From the human T2T-CHM13v2.0 reference genome, Homo sapiens: 64,000 bases of DNA. Positions within the stretch are counted from its first letter, which is position 1, and each line of letters begins with the position of its first letter. The stretch lies in NCBI RefSeq assembly GCF_009914755.1, contig NC_060944.1; one strand, given 5' to 3'. The notes under the pieces were generated by a model. It saw only the letters and a program-made list of their open reading frames with translations. It was not told the origin of the DNA and did no database searches. Of the stretch, positions 43,520-54,549 are shown in pieces. Position numbers and translations under genes: made by a program.

Positions 43520-45000
43520 ATGCCTTGGCTTATTTGTTTAACTTTTGGATGTATGGTATAATATAATATCTAACAAGGAGAAATATACTTACTACAGTTG
43601 CTAGAGAGCTAAGGACTGAGGCTATGGGGTTTTTTTGTGTTTTTTTGTTGTTGTTGTTGGCCAAACCACTTTTTGAGCCGATTTGAAACAGGGTTGTTAA
43701 TGCCAGAATTTTTTGTTAACCTATTTGATAAGGCAGTAAGTTCCTGGCAAGCTTTTGTTATGCTTTTACTGGGAGCAGTGTTGTTTGGGATAAAAGTGCA
43801 ATATTGAGTTTTGCTTATAACACAAATACTACTTTTTTTTGCTAATATTATATTTAAATTTTTTTTAGGGCATTTGACTAGTGGATTTTAATTGTTTAGC
43901 TATTTTTTTCCACAGTATTTTTGATATATTTAACAAATTGCTGCTGGTTGTAATGAATGTAGTTTATTTAACTTACATTTGTATTAATTGTTACTTACCA
44001 AAGCAACATTGACTTAAACCCTGCAGCTATTTGATTTTTGGCTTTACATTTATTTGGTACTTTATGGGGAACTTGCATTTAAATAGACATGGGAATTAAA
44101 AGATCTATAAGGGGCTGCTTCTTTTGAGGCTTTTTTTATTTGCCTATGTTGCATTTTTTTTTTTTTTTTTGGTTGATGAAATGCCAGGGTAAAAGGATAG
44201 CTAACTGAACTACAGCATAAGTACTGCTTTAATTATTTGGCCGAGTGTTCAGTCAAGGTTTTTTCTAATACTACCATATATTTGCTTAGGGATGGCTAAA
44301 GGTGGACTGAAGGGTTAGCTCTCAGAAGTGCCTGACTTTACTGCATTTTGTTAAGTCTTTAAGGTACACCCAATTTTCCCCTTGTCATTGGAGACACGAG
44401 GTAAAACTGGTCTTGGATGATGGAGGCTGAATGGCCCATGATGGCTGACCTGCAGGGTACTGCACTTTAGGAAACAGCAGAGAGAATTGGGCACAGTTTA
44501 TTATCCTAGGTTGCAGGATTTTGAAAAAGAGCTACTATGCAGCTCCTGTTTGGTTGATTAGAGTGGAAAAGGGACAACCCGGCCTTTGGCCTCCTGTGCG
44601 CACAAGGATGACTGTCGCTTTTATTAAGAGTGTGCACAAAATATTTAATTCGTTTTAGCCGGGCATTTATATTTTGATACCTTGTTTTAATTGCTATTGT
44701 TTGCCTTATGAAACAATGGGCCACGGGAGGTACGGCAGCACAGGTACCGCAAGGCTGGGCCACAGGTACCACAGGGGCTGACCATGGGTCCGGCAGGGCT
44801 GGACCACGGAAACTGCAGAGTTTCACTGTGGGTCATGCAGGGCTGGACCATGGCTATTGCCTTAGGTTGTTTTACTTTTACTATAGAGGTTTTGGTCTCC
44901 ATAGTAAACTATAGTCTTGTTATAGTAAACTTTGGTCTTGTTATTGTGTTTGGGAGGAGTGATAACTAAACAAGCATTAAAAGTAATAACTTCAGGAGAG
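43520..45000 (-). pseudogene. HERV-I env remnant (SU/TM), heavily mutated
   Basis: Reads IRQTIAIKTRYQNINARLKRIKY..LNKSD; NN*SSTYAVVQLA; W*VTINTNVS*INYIHYNQQQF; LNIILAKKSSICVISKTQYCTFIPNNTAP (degenerate ISD and CX6CC). Confidence 0.85.
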
Positions 45001-45129
45001 TTAGATTTAGTTACATTAATAGTAAGTTGGGGAGTCACGGAAAGAAAAGAAAAAGAAAAGATAGATTAAGTTTTTTTAGCTTTAACTTGGTAGGGCTTGA
45101 CCCTGGAATAATAGCCTATGACTCTGATG

Positions 45130-45995
45130 GCAATGACCCTTTTTGACTTGGGTATGACATGTTTATTTACATTTTTGCTGTGCAAACGGCAGTCTTGGTG
45201 GTTAGCAGCACAAGATAGGGTCCTTCCTAGGCTGGCTTGAGGGTTTTTTTTTTTTTTAATCTTTTGATGAAGACATGGTCTTTAGGCTGGTGCTGGTGTA
45301 CTGGAAATGTTAGGGGTGGTACCCATGCTAAAAGATTTTTAGTTTTGAGGGAAGGGAAAGTGGAAGATAAATTAAGCATATAATTTTTGAGAAACTGATT
45401 TTTGTTTTAAATGTGGGGATATTAGTAGTGGACTTTACAGTCCTTAGTGCCTTTTTGCTGAGATTTTCTTTTTTTTTTTTTCTTAATTCCTACTGATGTT
45501 GCCTTTGAGGGACTTCTTGGGGCTTTCCACCTTGCTAGAACTTTGCACATTCTGGGGCTGGAGGCCCTACGGTGATGCCTCCCGCTTTAGCCCCGCTTAG
45601 CGTTGCCCAGGGGCCGCCATGGCCTGGCCCTCTTTTGAGGTCTTGGCCTCCCTGCGGCCTTTACAGCTCCAGCGCATTGTGTTGTTGGGATGAGAGGTCT
45701 TGTGATTCACCTGCCACCTTTGGACCTGGCTCCTGCCTGAGCCCCTGCTGTCCGGCCCTTGGCCTTGGGCTGGGCTGTGTGGTTTCAAGGCTGCTTGGCC
45801 CCCTCCCTTGCACAGAAGTGGTTGTTTGCAGTTAGGAACCCCCACCGGCTTGTGCTGTGGCTTTTTTAGGAGACTCTGGAGGTGGAAACTCCTTGGTATT
45901 AACCCTGTGCTGGAGGGCCCCTAATGGGTTTTTTGATGCAGTTGGAACAAGAATTTTTTTATAAGGGGTTTGGATAACATTTTTGTTTGGTTTAG
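45130..45995 (-). pseudogene. HERV-I integrase remnants (N-terminal ~45915-45995, C-terminal ~45130-45435), core absent
   Basis: MLSKPLIKK..QLHQKTH*GP; PTFKTK; FPVHQHQPKDHVFIK; LKPA*EGPYLVLLTTKTAV (GPY/F motif). Confidence 0.8.
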
Positions 45996-47271
45996 CAATA
46001 TTTTTTTTTTAATTTTTAAAAAAATTTTTTAAAATTAGCTTTTAGACTAAAGAAAGCAAAACACCATTTTATATTTGACAATGCTTTTTGTGTGATTTTA
46101 TACCAGATAAGTTAAATTTTACTTTTATATTAGTGTGTTATTAATGTTAAACTTAATTTTAATAAAACCTTATAGACATTATTTAATTTTAATGTCTGAC
46201 TATAAGGTAAGATATTTATAGACTTTTTTAACCTTTTATAATTTTTGTTAAAGAGCAGTTAGTGCTTAGAAAAAAACCTGTTGTGCTTTTATTTTAATGT
46301 CCAGTTTACAGAAAAACTGGATGATACCTTTTTAACTTTAGCTAATATGTTTACACATAGAATTTTCTTTATAATTAACATTTTAAAACTTGCTTAAACC
46401 TTAAAACAAAATATATACATTTTTAAACTTTTAATGTAGGTAAAAATTTACATTTTTATGCTTTTTTACAATTTTTGTACTAAAAGTATTTTTTTTACAT
46501 ATCTTGCACATAAACTGTTTCTTTAATAGTTTTACATTTAGGAGGCCTAATTACTTTTAAATTATGTAACATTTTTTGCATACATTCCCCTTTGTAACTT
46601 TTTTTTACGACTTTCACAGATAATTTTTAACATGCCTTAACTTTTGGCCTTCCTTTTACACTATTTCTTTTCATAGTTTTACACTCTGTGCCTTTCTTTG
46701 ATCTCTGTCTTTTTCAGTCTTTCTCTTACTTATTTTTTCCTTTTTTTTTTAATTTGAGCTTTCTCTCTCTCTCTATCATCCCTTGTTTCCTCTTTCTCTC
46801 ACACTTACTTGCTGGATGGGATCCGTGCGGCTGCAGTGCAGGCCCCAGGCCAGGCCGCTGTTGGCCCAGAGGCTTGGCAGGTGCCCTGCGCAAGTTGCAC
46901 AGGTCATTAACCTTGGGCCAGAGGGCCCCTTTGTCTTTCCTCCTTATTTTTATGTTTACTGCCCTTACTGCGCTGACTTTGACCTTCTCCTTTAAAGTAC
47001 TGACCTTGCCTTCTTTTTTTTTTGGCATTCCTGACATGTCTTAACTTTTTTTTTCACCTTTTCTAGAAAACTTTGGAACTTTGCCAAAAGATTTTTGCTT
47101 TCTGTCTCTGCCTGTCTCTTTCTCTCTCTGCTGGTTTTTCCCTGCCTCTGCCAGCCGCCTATGCTGCTCTTCTCCCTTCTCCTTCCCCTTCGCCTTCCCC
47201 TAGGGAGTAGCCGGCGGAAGTGGAGCTTAGCCTCTTTCTTCCCCCGAGAAGAGGGGAAAGGGAATTTTTAA

Positions 47272-47398
47272 ATATATATATATATGCACACACACATACA
47301 TACACACACACACACGCACACATATAGACATATATATACACATATATACATATATACACATATATATAAACACACATATATATATAAGCATATATATA
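47272..47398. repeat. (TA)n/(CA)n compound microsatellite in ERV leader
   Basis: Direct inspection. Confidence 0.9.
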
Positions 47399-47499
47399 AT
47401 TATTTTTATCTACTGGAGGTTTGTGTGATGTTCAGTCTTCCCCTGATGGGGATTTTTTTTAACTTCTTTTTAACCTCTAAGACATCCCGACCAGGGAAT

Positions 47500-47616
47500 A
47501 CCTCACCACCACCCAACCCCCGCACCCCCCCACCCCCCGCACCCCCTCACCCCCCGCATCCCCCACCACCCCACCCCTCCGTACCCCCCACCCCGCACCC
47601 CCACCACCACCCCCGC
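47500..47616 (-). repeat. C-run low-complexity tract (G-rich on viral sense strand)
   Basis: Many C3-C7 runs. Confidence 0.85.
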
Positions 47617-47990
47617 AGCTTTTCTTTCCTCAGTCCTGACGAGGGAATGCTTTACCGCCCCTGGGGGTTCTTTCACTTTGGTGTGTCCCAAGGAAGGAAT
47701 GCTTTACTGCCCCACGGCTTTTTCCATAGTCCCAACCACCAAGGAAATACTTGACCAGCTCCTCCAGTCTTTTTCCTTCCTTGGCTCATGCAGGAGGTCG
47801 CCTGGGCCACGTGATATGTGAGGGTCCTTTACGCCAGGTTGCTGGTCAGTTTCCTTCCGCGTTGCTGAGAGTCCGGGTCTGTTTGTCACACCGGGAGGGT
47901 CTCGATTCCTTACCCTTGAGGCCACTGCAGTAAGGCAGTGGGACGCCCCCTCGGGAGAGAGGACTAGAGACCACCCCGGAGGAGAATGTA

Positions 47991-48008
47991 TCCCCGTACG
48001 GGCCACCA
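47991..48008 (-). other. Primer-binding site for tRNA-Ile
   Basis: Plus strand TCCCCGTACGGGCCACCA equals the 3' 18 nt of tRNA-Ile(AAU) including CCA; 2 nt from the LTR. Confidence 0.92.
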
Positions 48009-48010
48009 TT

Positions 48011-48594
48011 TGTTATATGTAAAAATGTTTATTTAGAAATAGAATGTTTGTTCCCTGATGCCACAAAGAAATAGCATTTGAACATAAATTTAATTTTTTT
48101 AGCAAGGCAATTTTTACTTTCTGCAGAAAGGGTGCTCATTGCCGATGGAATAATGGCAAGAGCACACCGGAACAAAGGAAAAGGAGACGTATTTATTCCT
48201 TACACATTTTGTCTTTGCTACTGTGTCCTGTCTCCATTGGCTGGAGCCAGACCTTACGCTCTAAACTAAAAACCGATTGGCTAAGAGTTTGAAACTTTTT
48301 AAAATAGGTAACAGTAATGAAAAGACAAAGGAAAAGAGGAAGTTGCTTACGAAAGGACTTAGAAAAGGAATAACATTCCTAAATAAAGAAGGGGCATAGG
48401 CTGGGAGCTGAGACATGCGTGTGAGCACGTCCAGCACAGATATTTTAGTTAAAGTACAAGGACTTAGAATGTACTACGGGCCTGTGAGCATGTCTAGCAT
48501 AAAGTTAGTCTTTAAAAGAAACTATTATTTATAACACTTGTGATTTATTCTTTAACAAAAAAGAACACTTAAAAAAATCTTTTTATTTTCTGCA
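48011..48594 (-). mobile_element. 5' LTR (LTR10 family)
   Basis: Colinear with the 3' LTR (42 differences in the first 547 bp by hand count); followed by the PBS on the sense strand. Confidence 0.9.
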
Positions 48595-49278
48595 AATATA
48601 GTAGCCCCAGCATATTTTGTCTAACACATAGTGTACTCTCAATATGCTTCTGATTGAATAAATTGTGGGATCAATAGACAAATCGATCAATCTATGCCCT
48701 ACTTTGCAAATTCTATTGAATCTAAAAGTAAGCCATTTGGTCAACCTATCTCTATTACTCCCGTAACACAGTGCCTCTAATATTTAGAATTACATCACGT
48801 TAATTAGTTTCCAAATTTTCTTTCCTATACTCCCTCTTTTTTCCATTCCTTACAATTTTCAGATTGGTTAACTCAGCACAATTTACCTAAGAGACGGTGG
48901 ACTCTTCTGCTGGTGATTTTCTGTGCCTGGATTCCCTTGCTGGGGCTGCTAGGAACCCATTGACACGAGTCTCGCTCTCAAGTTCTGTATGCAAAGCATG
49001 CTGGGGCCAGGGCTTGCCGAGGACACGGGCCAGGTGGGAGTCTCCCTGCAGGCGTGCCTTGGTTCTCTTTTACACCCTAAGTCTCCCTTGCTTGCCACAG
49101 CCTGAAAGTGGTCTGCAATCCCCACTATGTTCTCCAAAGATGAGGCCACAGATATTACCCGTCTAAGCTCCAGTGGGTACCTGGGGAGACGACCCATGGG
49201 CTCCAAAGTGGGCAGCCAGACTCTTCCTTCAGCCAGCAGCCCAATCACATCAATGTGGAGACCAGGGACAGGCAGGGG

Positions 49279-49489
49279 CACTGGTGTGCTGGTAAATGTT
49301 TAACATCCAGCTCTCAGGAGAGGAGGGTAGGAAGGCCCCGATTTGTAGCATTAAACAATTCCTGTGGTGTAAATACTTTCTCTGTGGCCCTCGGCAAGCT
49401 TACCAATGTGACGTGACTGGAAGCAGAATTGGGAAGAGGTGTGAACTGTCACGTCTGATGGGCCACGGGAGGTGCTTCAGCACCACAGG
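49279..49489 (+). mobile_element. MER63A-like hAT-Blackjack MITE
   Basis: ggtgtgctggtaaatgtttaaca..gatttgtagca..gtggtgtaaatac..gaattgggaagag. Confidence 0.8.
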
Positions 49490-49648
49490 TACTGCAAGGC
49501 TGGGCCACAAGTACTACAGGGGCGGACCATGTGTCCTGCAGGACTGGACCATGGAAACTGCAGGTTTTCACTGTGGGTCCTGCAGGGCTGGCCCATGAGT
49601 ATTACAGGGATTGGTCACAGGTACTTCAGGGCTAGACCATGGGTACCC
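49486..49648. repeat. 22-bp degenerate minisatellite (~7.5 copies, consensus TGGGTACTGCAGGGCTGGACCA)
   Basis: Units start at 49486, 49508, 49530, 49552, 49574, 49596 and 49618. Confidence 0.85.
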
Positions 49649-51569
49649 CAGCCTTGCAGGAGAACATGAAGAAACATCAAGTTCTCTCCTTTCCCTTTCA
49701 TACCGACTTTGGTTGTTGTTCACCGTACACTTCCCAGGATCATATCTTTATCGCATTTATTCTGATATCTAAATTTATCTTATTGATTTATTTGCCTTTC
49801 TGACACCCATACAGTGACGATACAAACTCTAGGAGAACAGAGACATTGCCTTTCCTACTCTGAGGAAGCCTGGGCTACTATCCAACACATCGAGTTTACT
49901 CATTACCTTTGTCTAAATTTTCTTGTTGAATAGAATATGGTTCCAGCCTCCGGCAATCAGAACCTTCAGGAAAGAACTAGATTAAGCTTCATTTCTAGGT
50001 GCTCATGAACCTGTGTTCTTCCCGGAGGTCTTTGGAAATGCTTATCTAAACCTAGTGAAATGGCTTTTAAAAGCCCGCACTCCAGTTTCAGAAAACAGCC
50101 CTGCAGCTCTAAAGTCTTAATTTCAAATATAAGCAAAATTCCAGAACATCTGAGCAAAACAGTTCCTTCAAAATAAGAATAATAGTCAAATATATCAATA
50201 TAAAAGGAGGTCTTAACATTCACGAAACCTCAAATTCCTAGTTTCTCTGGCGTTTGAATAATTTTTCACCATAGATAAAAAAGGAACCAGAGCCCAGGAA
50301 ATGGCAGACCTGTAGCCTGGCTCTCATATTTCAAACACCAGCCTCTCTCACACTGGCCCTGTTCCTCCGGTCAGCAAAAGAGATGGGCCTTTACAATAGA
50401 AATCCAACATTTACATGCAGGCTTGGGGATGAGAATCCAGTGCCCAGGACCTCTGCAAAACCCAACTACTTCACCTTCAAGGGTGGGATGCCGGATCTGC
50501 TGTCTGCCTTGGGTTTCCTCACCTTAAAGAGCAAAAAGAATGCATCTTGGCTAATGTAGAGTGAAGAGGGTCTTGGGCTTGAAAGTTCACCAGCAAGTCA
50601 CATGGATCGTGTTTGTTGTTTTGCTTTGGCGTTGTGTGCGTGTGAACGAGAGGACGTCCTGGCCATGGGTGAGACAATGGGGAGCACTGATCTGGGACTC
50701 AGCTGTAACCCAAACATGGGCAGTTACCAGGGCTGGAAGCCCAGCTGCCGATGCAAAGGCCAAGTACGGCCAGCAGAATCATGCACAACACAGAGATGGC
50801 AGCCTCAGAAGAGCCTGCATCTGTGTGATGGGGCAGTGGCAGCAGACCGCAGGCTGGTGAGCATCTCCATCGGCCCCTGCCTGGCTCCTGCTGCCCCAGC
50901 CACTGTGTGCAGCAGTGGAGCAGAGCTGGGCCTGTGCTCACCAGTGAGTGCTGCAGTCTGAAATTAGAACTCTTCTCCACAATGGTAATTTCTACCTGCC
51001 CCTTTACAAATCGAGCTACTTTTTAAATGCATGATGTCTCCACCCTCTCCTTCTATTCACAGACTCCCTAGGAAGAGGGATCTGCCCCCATGGCAGCATG
51101 CCCCAACTATGCCACTACCCTTAAGATGCCAGGGGCAACCACCCTATTATCGTATCAGAAATAGCGGCGCTGTCAGCCCCATTATCCCGGGAATGTTGCT
51201 GAGGATGTGGGGATGGGATCTCTCACTCACTGCCGATTAGAGAGTATATCCATGGAACACTTTTAGATTATTTTTTGTTTGTTTAGATTGATTTTTTAAA
51301 TTTTTGCAGAGCAGTTGGCAGTATCATTTAGAAATCAGAATGCCCATTGGCTCAACAATTCCATTTCTAGGAAATCTATCTACAGAAGTAATACCAAAAA
51401 CGAGCAGACACACGTATATGGATAATCATCATGAATAATGGAAAATGGGAAAAAACCTAAACATTTATCAAGAGTGGGCTCTGTCATTTGGGGCATCTCT
51501 ATTATGGCACATTCTGTACGCTAATCCAATGATGCACATCTATCTATAATGACGGCAAGGTGCTCGGGG

Positions 51570-52180
51570 CATTTTTAAAATCAGCTTTGTTGAAGCATAA
51601 TGGCCATACAATAAACTGCGTATATGTAAAGTGTATAATTTGGTACATTTTAACACACTCATGAAACAATCACCATCATCAAGACAGGAACCCATCCGCA
51701 CCCGAAGTCCTCCCGGGGTCCCTCTGCACTCTCTCTCCCCAGGCAACCACTCGTCTGCTGTCACCAAGGATTAATTTCCCTCCTCTAGACTTTTATACAG
51801 ATGGAATCGCACACTATGTTCTCAATTCTGTCTGGCTTCTCTCACTCAGATAATTGTTTTCAAATCCATCTGCCTTTTTGTGTCAATGGTTCATTGCTTT
51901 TGTGGCTGAGTAGCTTTCGGGGGTGTGGATGGACCACAGGGTTTTACCAGTTTTTCTGTTGATGTGCATTTGAGTTGTTTTTAGTTTAGGACTTATAGGA
52001 ATAAAGCAGCTATGAACGTTCATGGACGCATTTTTGTACAGACTTCTACTTCTTTTTTTGATAAATATCTAGGAGTGGAATAGCTGAACCATGTGGTAGG
52101 TGTAGCTTTCACTTTTTAAGACACTTCCAAGCTGCTTTCCTGTGTGGCTGCTACATCTTGCTTTCCCACCAGGAGCAGGA
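51570..52180 (-). mobile_element. L1MB/L1MC 3' end
   Basis: cagctttgttgaagcataa..ccaggcaaccact..gatggaatc..tctggcttctctcactcag..ggaatagctg. Confidence 0.8.
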
Positions 52181-52208
52181 GCTTGCACCCAGGACGTGTT
52201 TAGCTTCT

Positions 52209-52326
52209 GTTTTTTTTTAAATTGATTTATTTATTTTATTAACAAATAATAATTGTATATTTTATCATGTACTCATGATGTTTTGAAATATGGAAATGTT
52301 GTAGAGTGGCTCAATCAAGCTAATTA
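52209..52326 (-). mobile_element. L1MA 3' end fragment
   Basis: ataataattgtatatt..tgatgttttgaaatat..tcaagctaattaa. Confidence 0.7.
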
Positions 52327-53404
52327 AGGGAAACAAATAATAAAAGAAAATATCTAAAAAATTCATATGTACATTTACATAACTAAATAAAATAGTACTT
52401 AAATGTGTATATAAGCATATGTAAGGTGTGTGCCTGTGTCTATGCACACGCATAAGATAGACGCACTCATATCAAATTCCCAACAATGCTCACCTCCAGA
52501 AGATATGATGGAGACTAATCTTTGTTTTTGAGACGGAGGTGCTTTAAAAAAAATAGCAAAGTTGCTTTAAAAAATAGCAATTTTATTAAAAAATAATTAA
52601 TTCATAATTAGCAAACTCTGCATTTTTGAAAGACCAAAATTTGAGCAAATGCTGTGGACACCCTCCAGAAGGCTTAACAAGCTTGGCTCTCCATAGTTAC
52701 AGGTCCTGATGGGCTCTGCTGTTGGGGGCCACACCCCAACTCCCAACACCCCCAAGTCTTTCTGGTCAGCAGGCTCAGAAACAAGATGATGCACTCAAGG
52801 AAGTAACATGAATCGATGGTCATGTACAAAGGACCAGACAACCCAGGGCTCCTCCAGCCCGAACATTCTGACAGTCCACATGTCTGGGCTGGGATTCATC
52901 CTAACTCTCAGGAAAGAAAGACTCCTCCAAGAATGAGGATGCGGGTAGAGCAACGGACCCTACCACTGTTAATCTTGGCATGGGGGTCCATGCACTAGGC
53001 TGAAAGCATAGGAAGGTTACCAAGACAATCTTTGAAATCTCTCATGCGTTTGGTCAAATATAAATCAAGATAAAATGGACTTAAAATTATGACTCATGAA
53101 AAAAAATGGCTGTCTCCATGTGTAGTATAAAATTAAGGCGTCATTTTGAGCCAGTTCTATAAATTTCTCTAAGTGTACATGCAACTTACTTTATGACTTT
53201 TGTAAATTAGTATCTCAATTTTGTCTTCTGTAAAATGAACATAATAGCACCTGCCTCATAGGCTTGGCATGTGCTAAGTCAAGTATCTAAAAACAGTGCT
53301 GAGCACATGGCAGGGGCTGTGGCAGCACTGACTGTTGGTGCTCATATTCTTCCTCTCTAAAGTCTGATCCTCTTTTCCACAATATAAGATTACCATCATG
53401 TACT

Positions 53405-53875
53405 CACTCACAAACTCATTCGTTCATTTACTTATCCAATGTTTATTGAGTGCCTTCTGAAAGCTGGTGGCAATGTCTCAGCTAGTTGTGGGGGATGAAG
53501 TAGTGAACAAGGGAAACCTCCAAGTCCAGGAGAAGAGAGAGGCATGAAGTGGAGGCATGGACGCTAATGGAACACAAGAAGGGAATCTGCCCAGGGACAG
53601 TGGCAGGGAGCTCAAATGTTTGGGAAGCCAACAAAGGCGTACAGCCCTGAGGAGCCAGGACTCTATCTTAGGAAGAGCACTTGGCAACAGAGTGGAGAAG
53701 AGCTTGGAGGAAACGCAAGTTCACAGGTGATGGAGCAGTTCTAATGGAAGGTGCTGGTCGTTTTGAAAGGGAGGGAGATATCATTTGGAGAAAAACCAGA
53801 TATGAGGGTGAAGAAGAAAGAAGAATCAGGAATGGCTCCTAGATTTAGAGCTTGGACATCTGAGTTAACTGGGGA
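53405..53875 (-). mobile_element. L2 fragments
   Basis: cattcgttcatt..tttattgagtgcc..gtgaacaag; gaagaatcaggaatggctcctag. Confidence 0.6.
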
Positions 53876-54549
53876 GGCATGGACTGGCTTGGAGAGCAAT
53901 GGACAAAGAGCAGCTGTGACCTGTAGGGAAGGGTAAAGCCTGCAAGAGGTGATGATTTGGCCATTCTGTGATTAAAAAAAAAAAGATTTAGTGTTTCATG
54001 GAAGCCTACCAAAGAATCCTTCCTACAGAAACAAATGTGCTTGAGGCATTTACTGAGTTACTCAAATAGTTGTTACTTACTGGGAGTAACTACCTAAGAT
54101 AAAACAAAATGGTGGCTGCATAGGTTGTCATGTATGTGAAAATTCCTTTCATATGCACAATTCCACATCGTGATCACCCCCACTCTAGGAAGACTTGGAG
54201 AAATCAAGAATGTCAACATTGTGGTTCAACTAGAAGTGGTGAATCACAAATTTGAACCCAGATCTCCCTGATTCTAAGCATTATTGCCATTCTAAGGGCA
54301 CCTTGGAGGATTCTTGAGAATTTTTTTGCAGAGAAAGGAATCTTCAAGGTAATGGAAAGGTAAGATATCATTTGCAAGTTTTTGGTGTGAGATACAATTG
54401 GTAGGTGTTCACAAGTCTTGGCAGTTACCCTCTAACAGTTTCTTAAAAGATGCGCCAGGCAGATAGCCAGATAAGACCAAGTTTCTATGATAAAACTTGA
54501 GTACACCGAGAGATGGTAAAATACAGTTCAAACAAAGTGGAGCCCAGGA

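Larger units (their letters stand above)
42894..48594 (-). mobile_element. Defective HERV-I (RTVL-I-like, ERV1) provirus, 5.7 kb
   Basis: Two ~585-bp LTRs (TG..CA), TSD AATAT at 42889-42893 and 48595-48599, tRNA-Ile PBS, integrase and env remnants; gag/RT not recognisable. Confidence 0.93.
42830..48665 (+). mobile_element. L2 3' end split by the HERV-I provirus (halves ~42830-42893 and 48595-48665)
   Basis: accttgtctattttgttcaatat | agtagccccagca..aacacatagtgtactctcaatat..ttgaataaat rejoins into the L2 terminal motif. Confidence 0.65.

Noticed and set aside
47991-48008. tRNA-Ile gene
   Set aside because: Only the 3' 18-19 nt including CCA match, next to an LTR; this is a retroviral PBS
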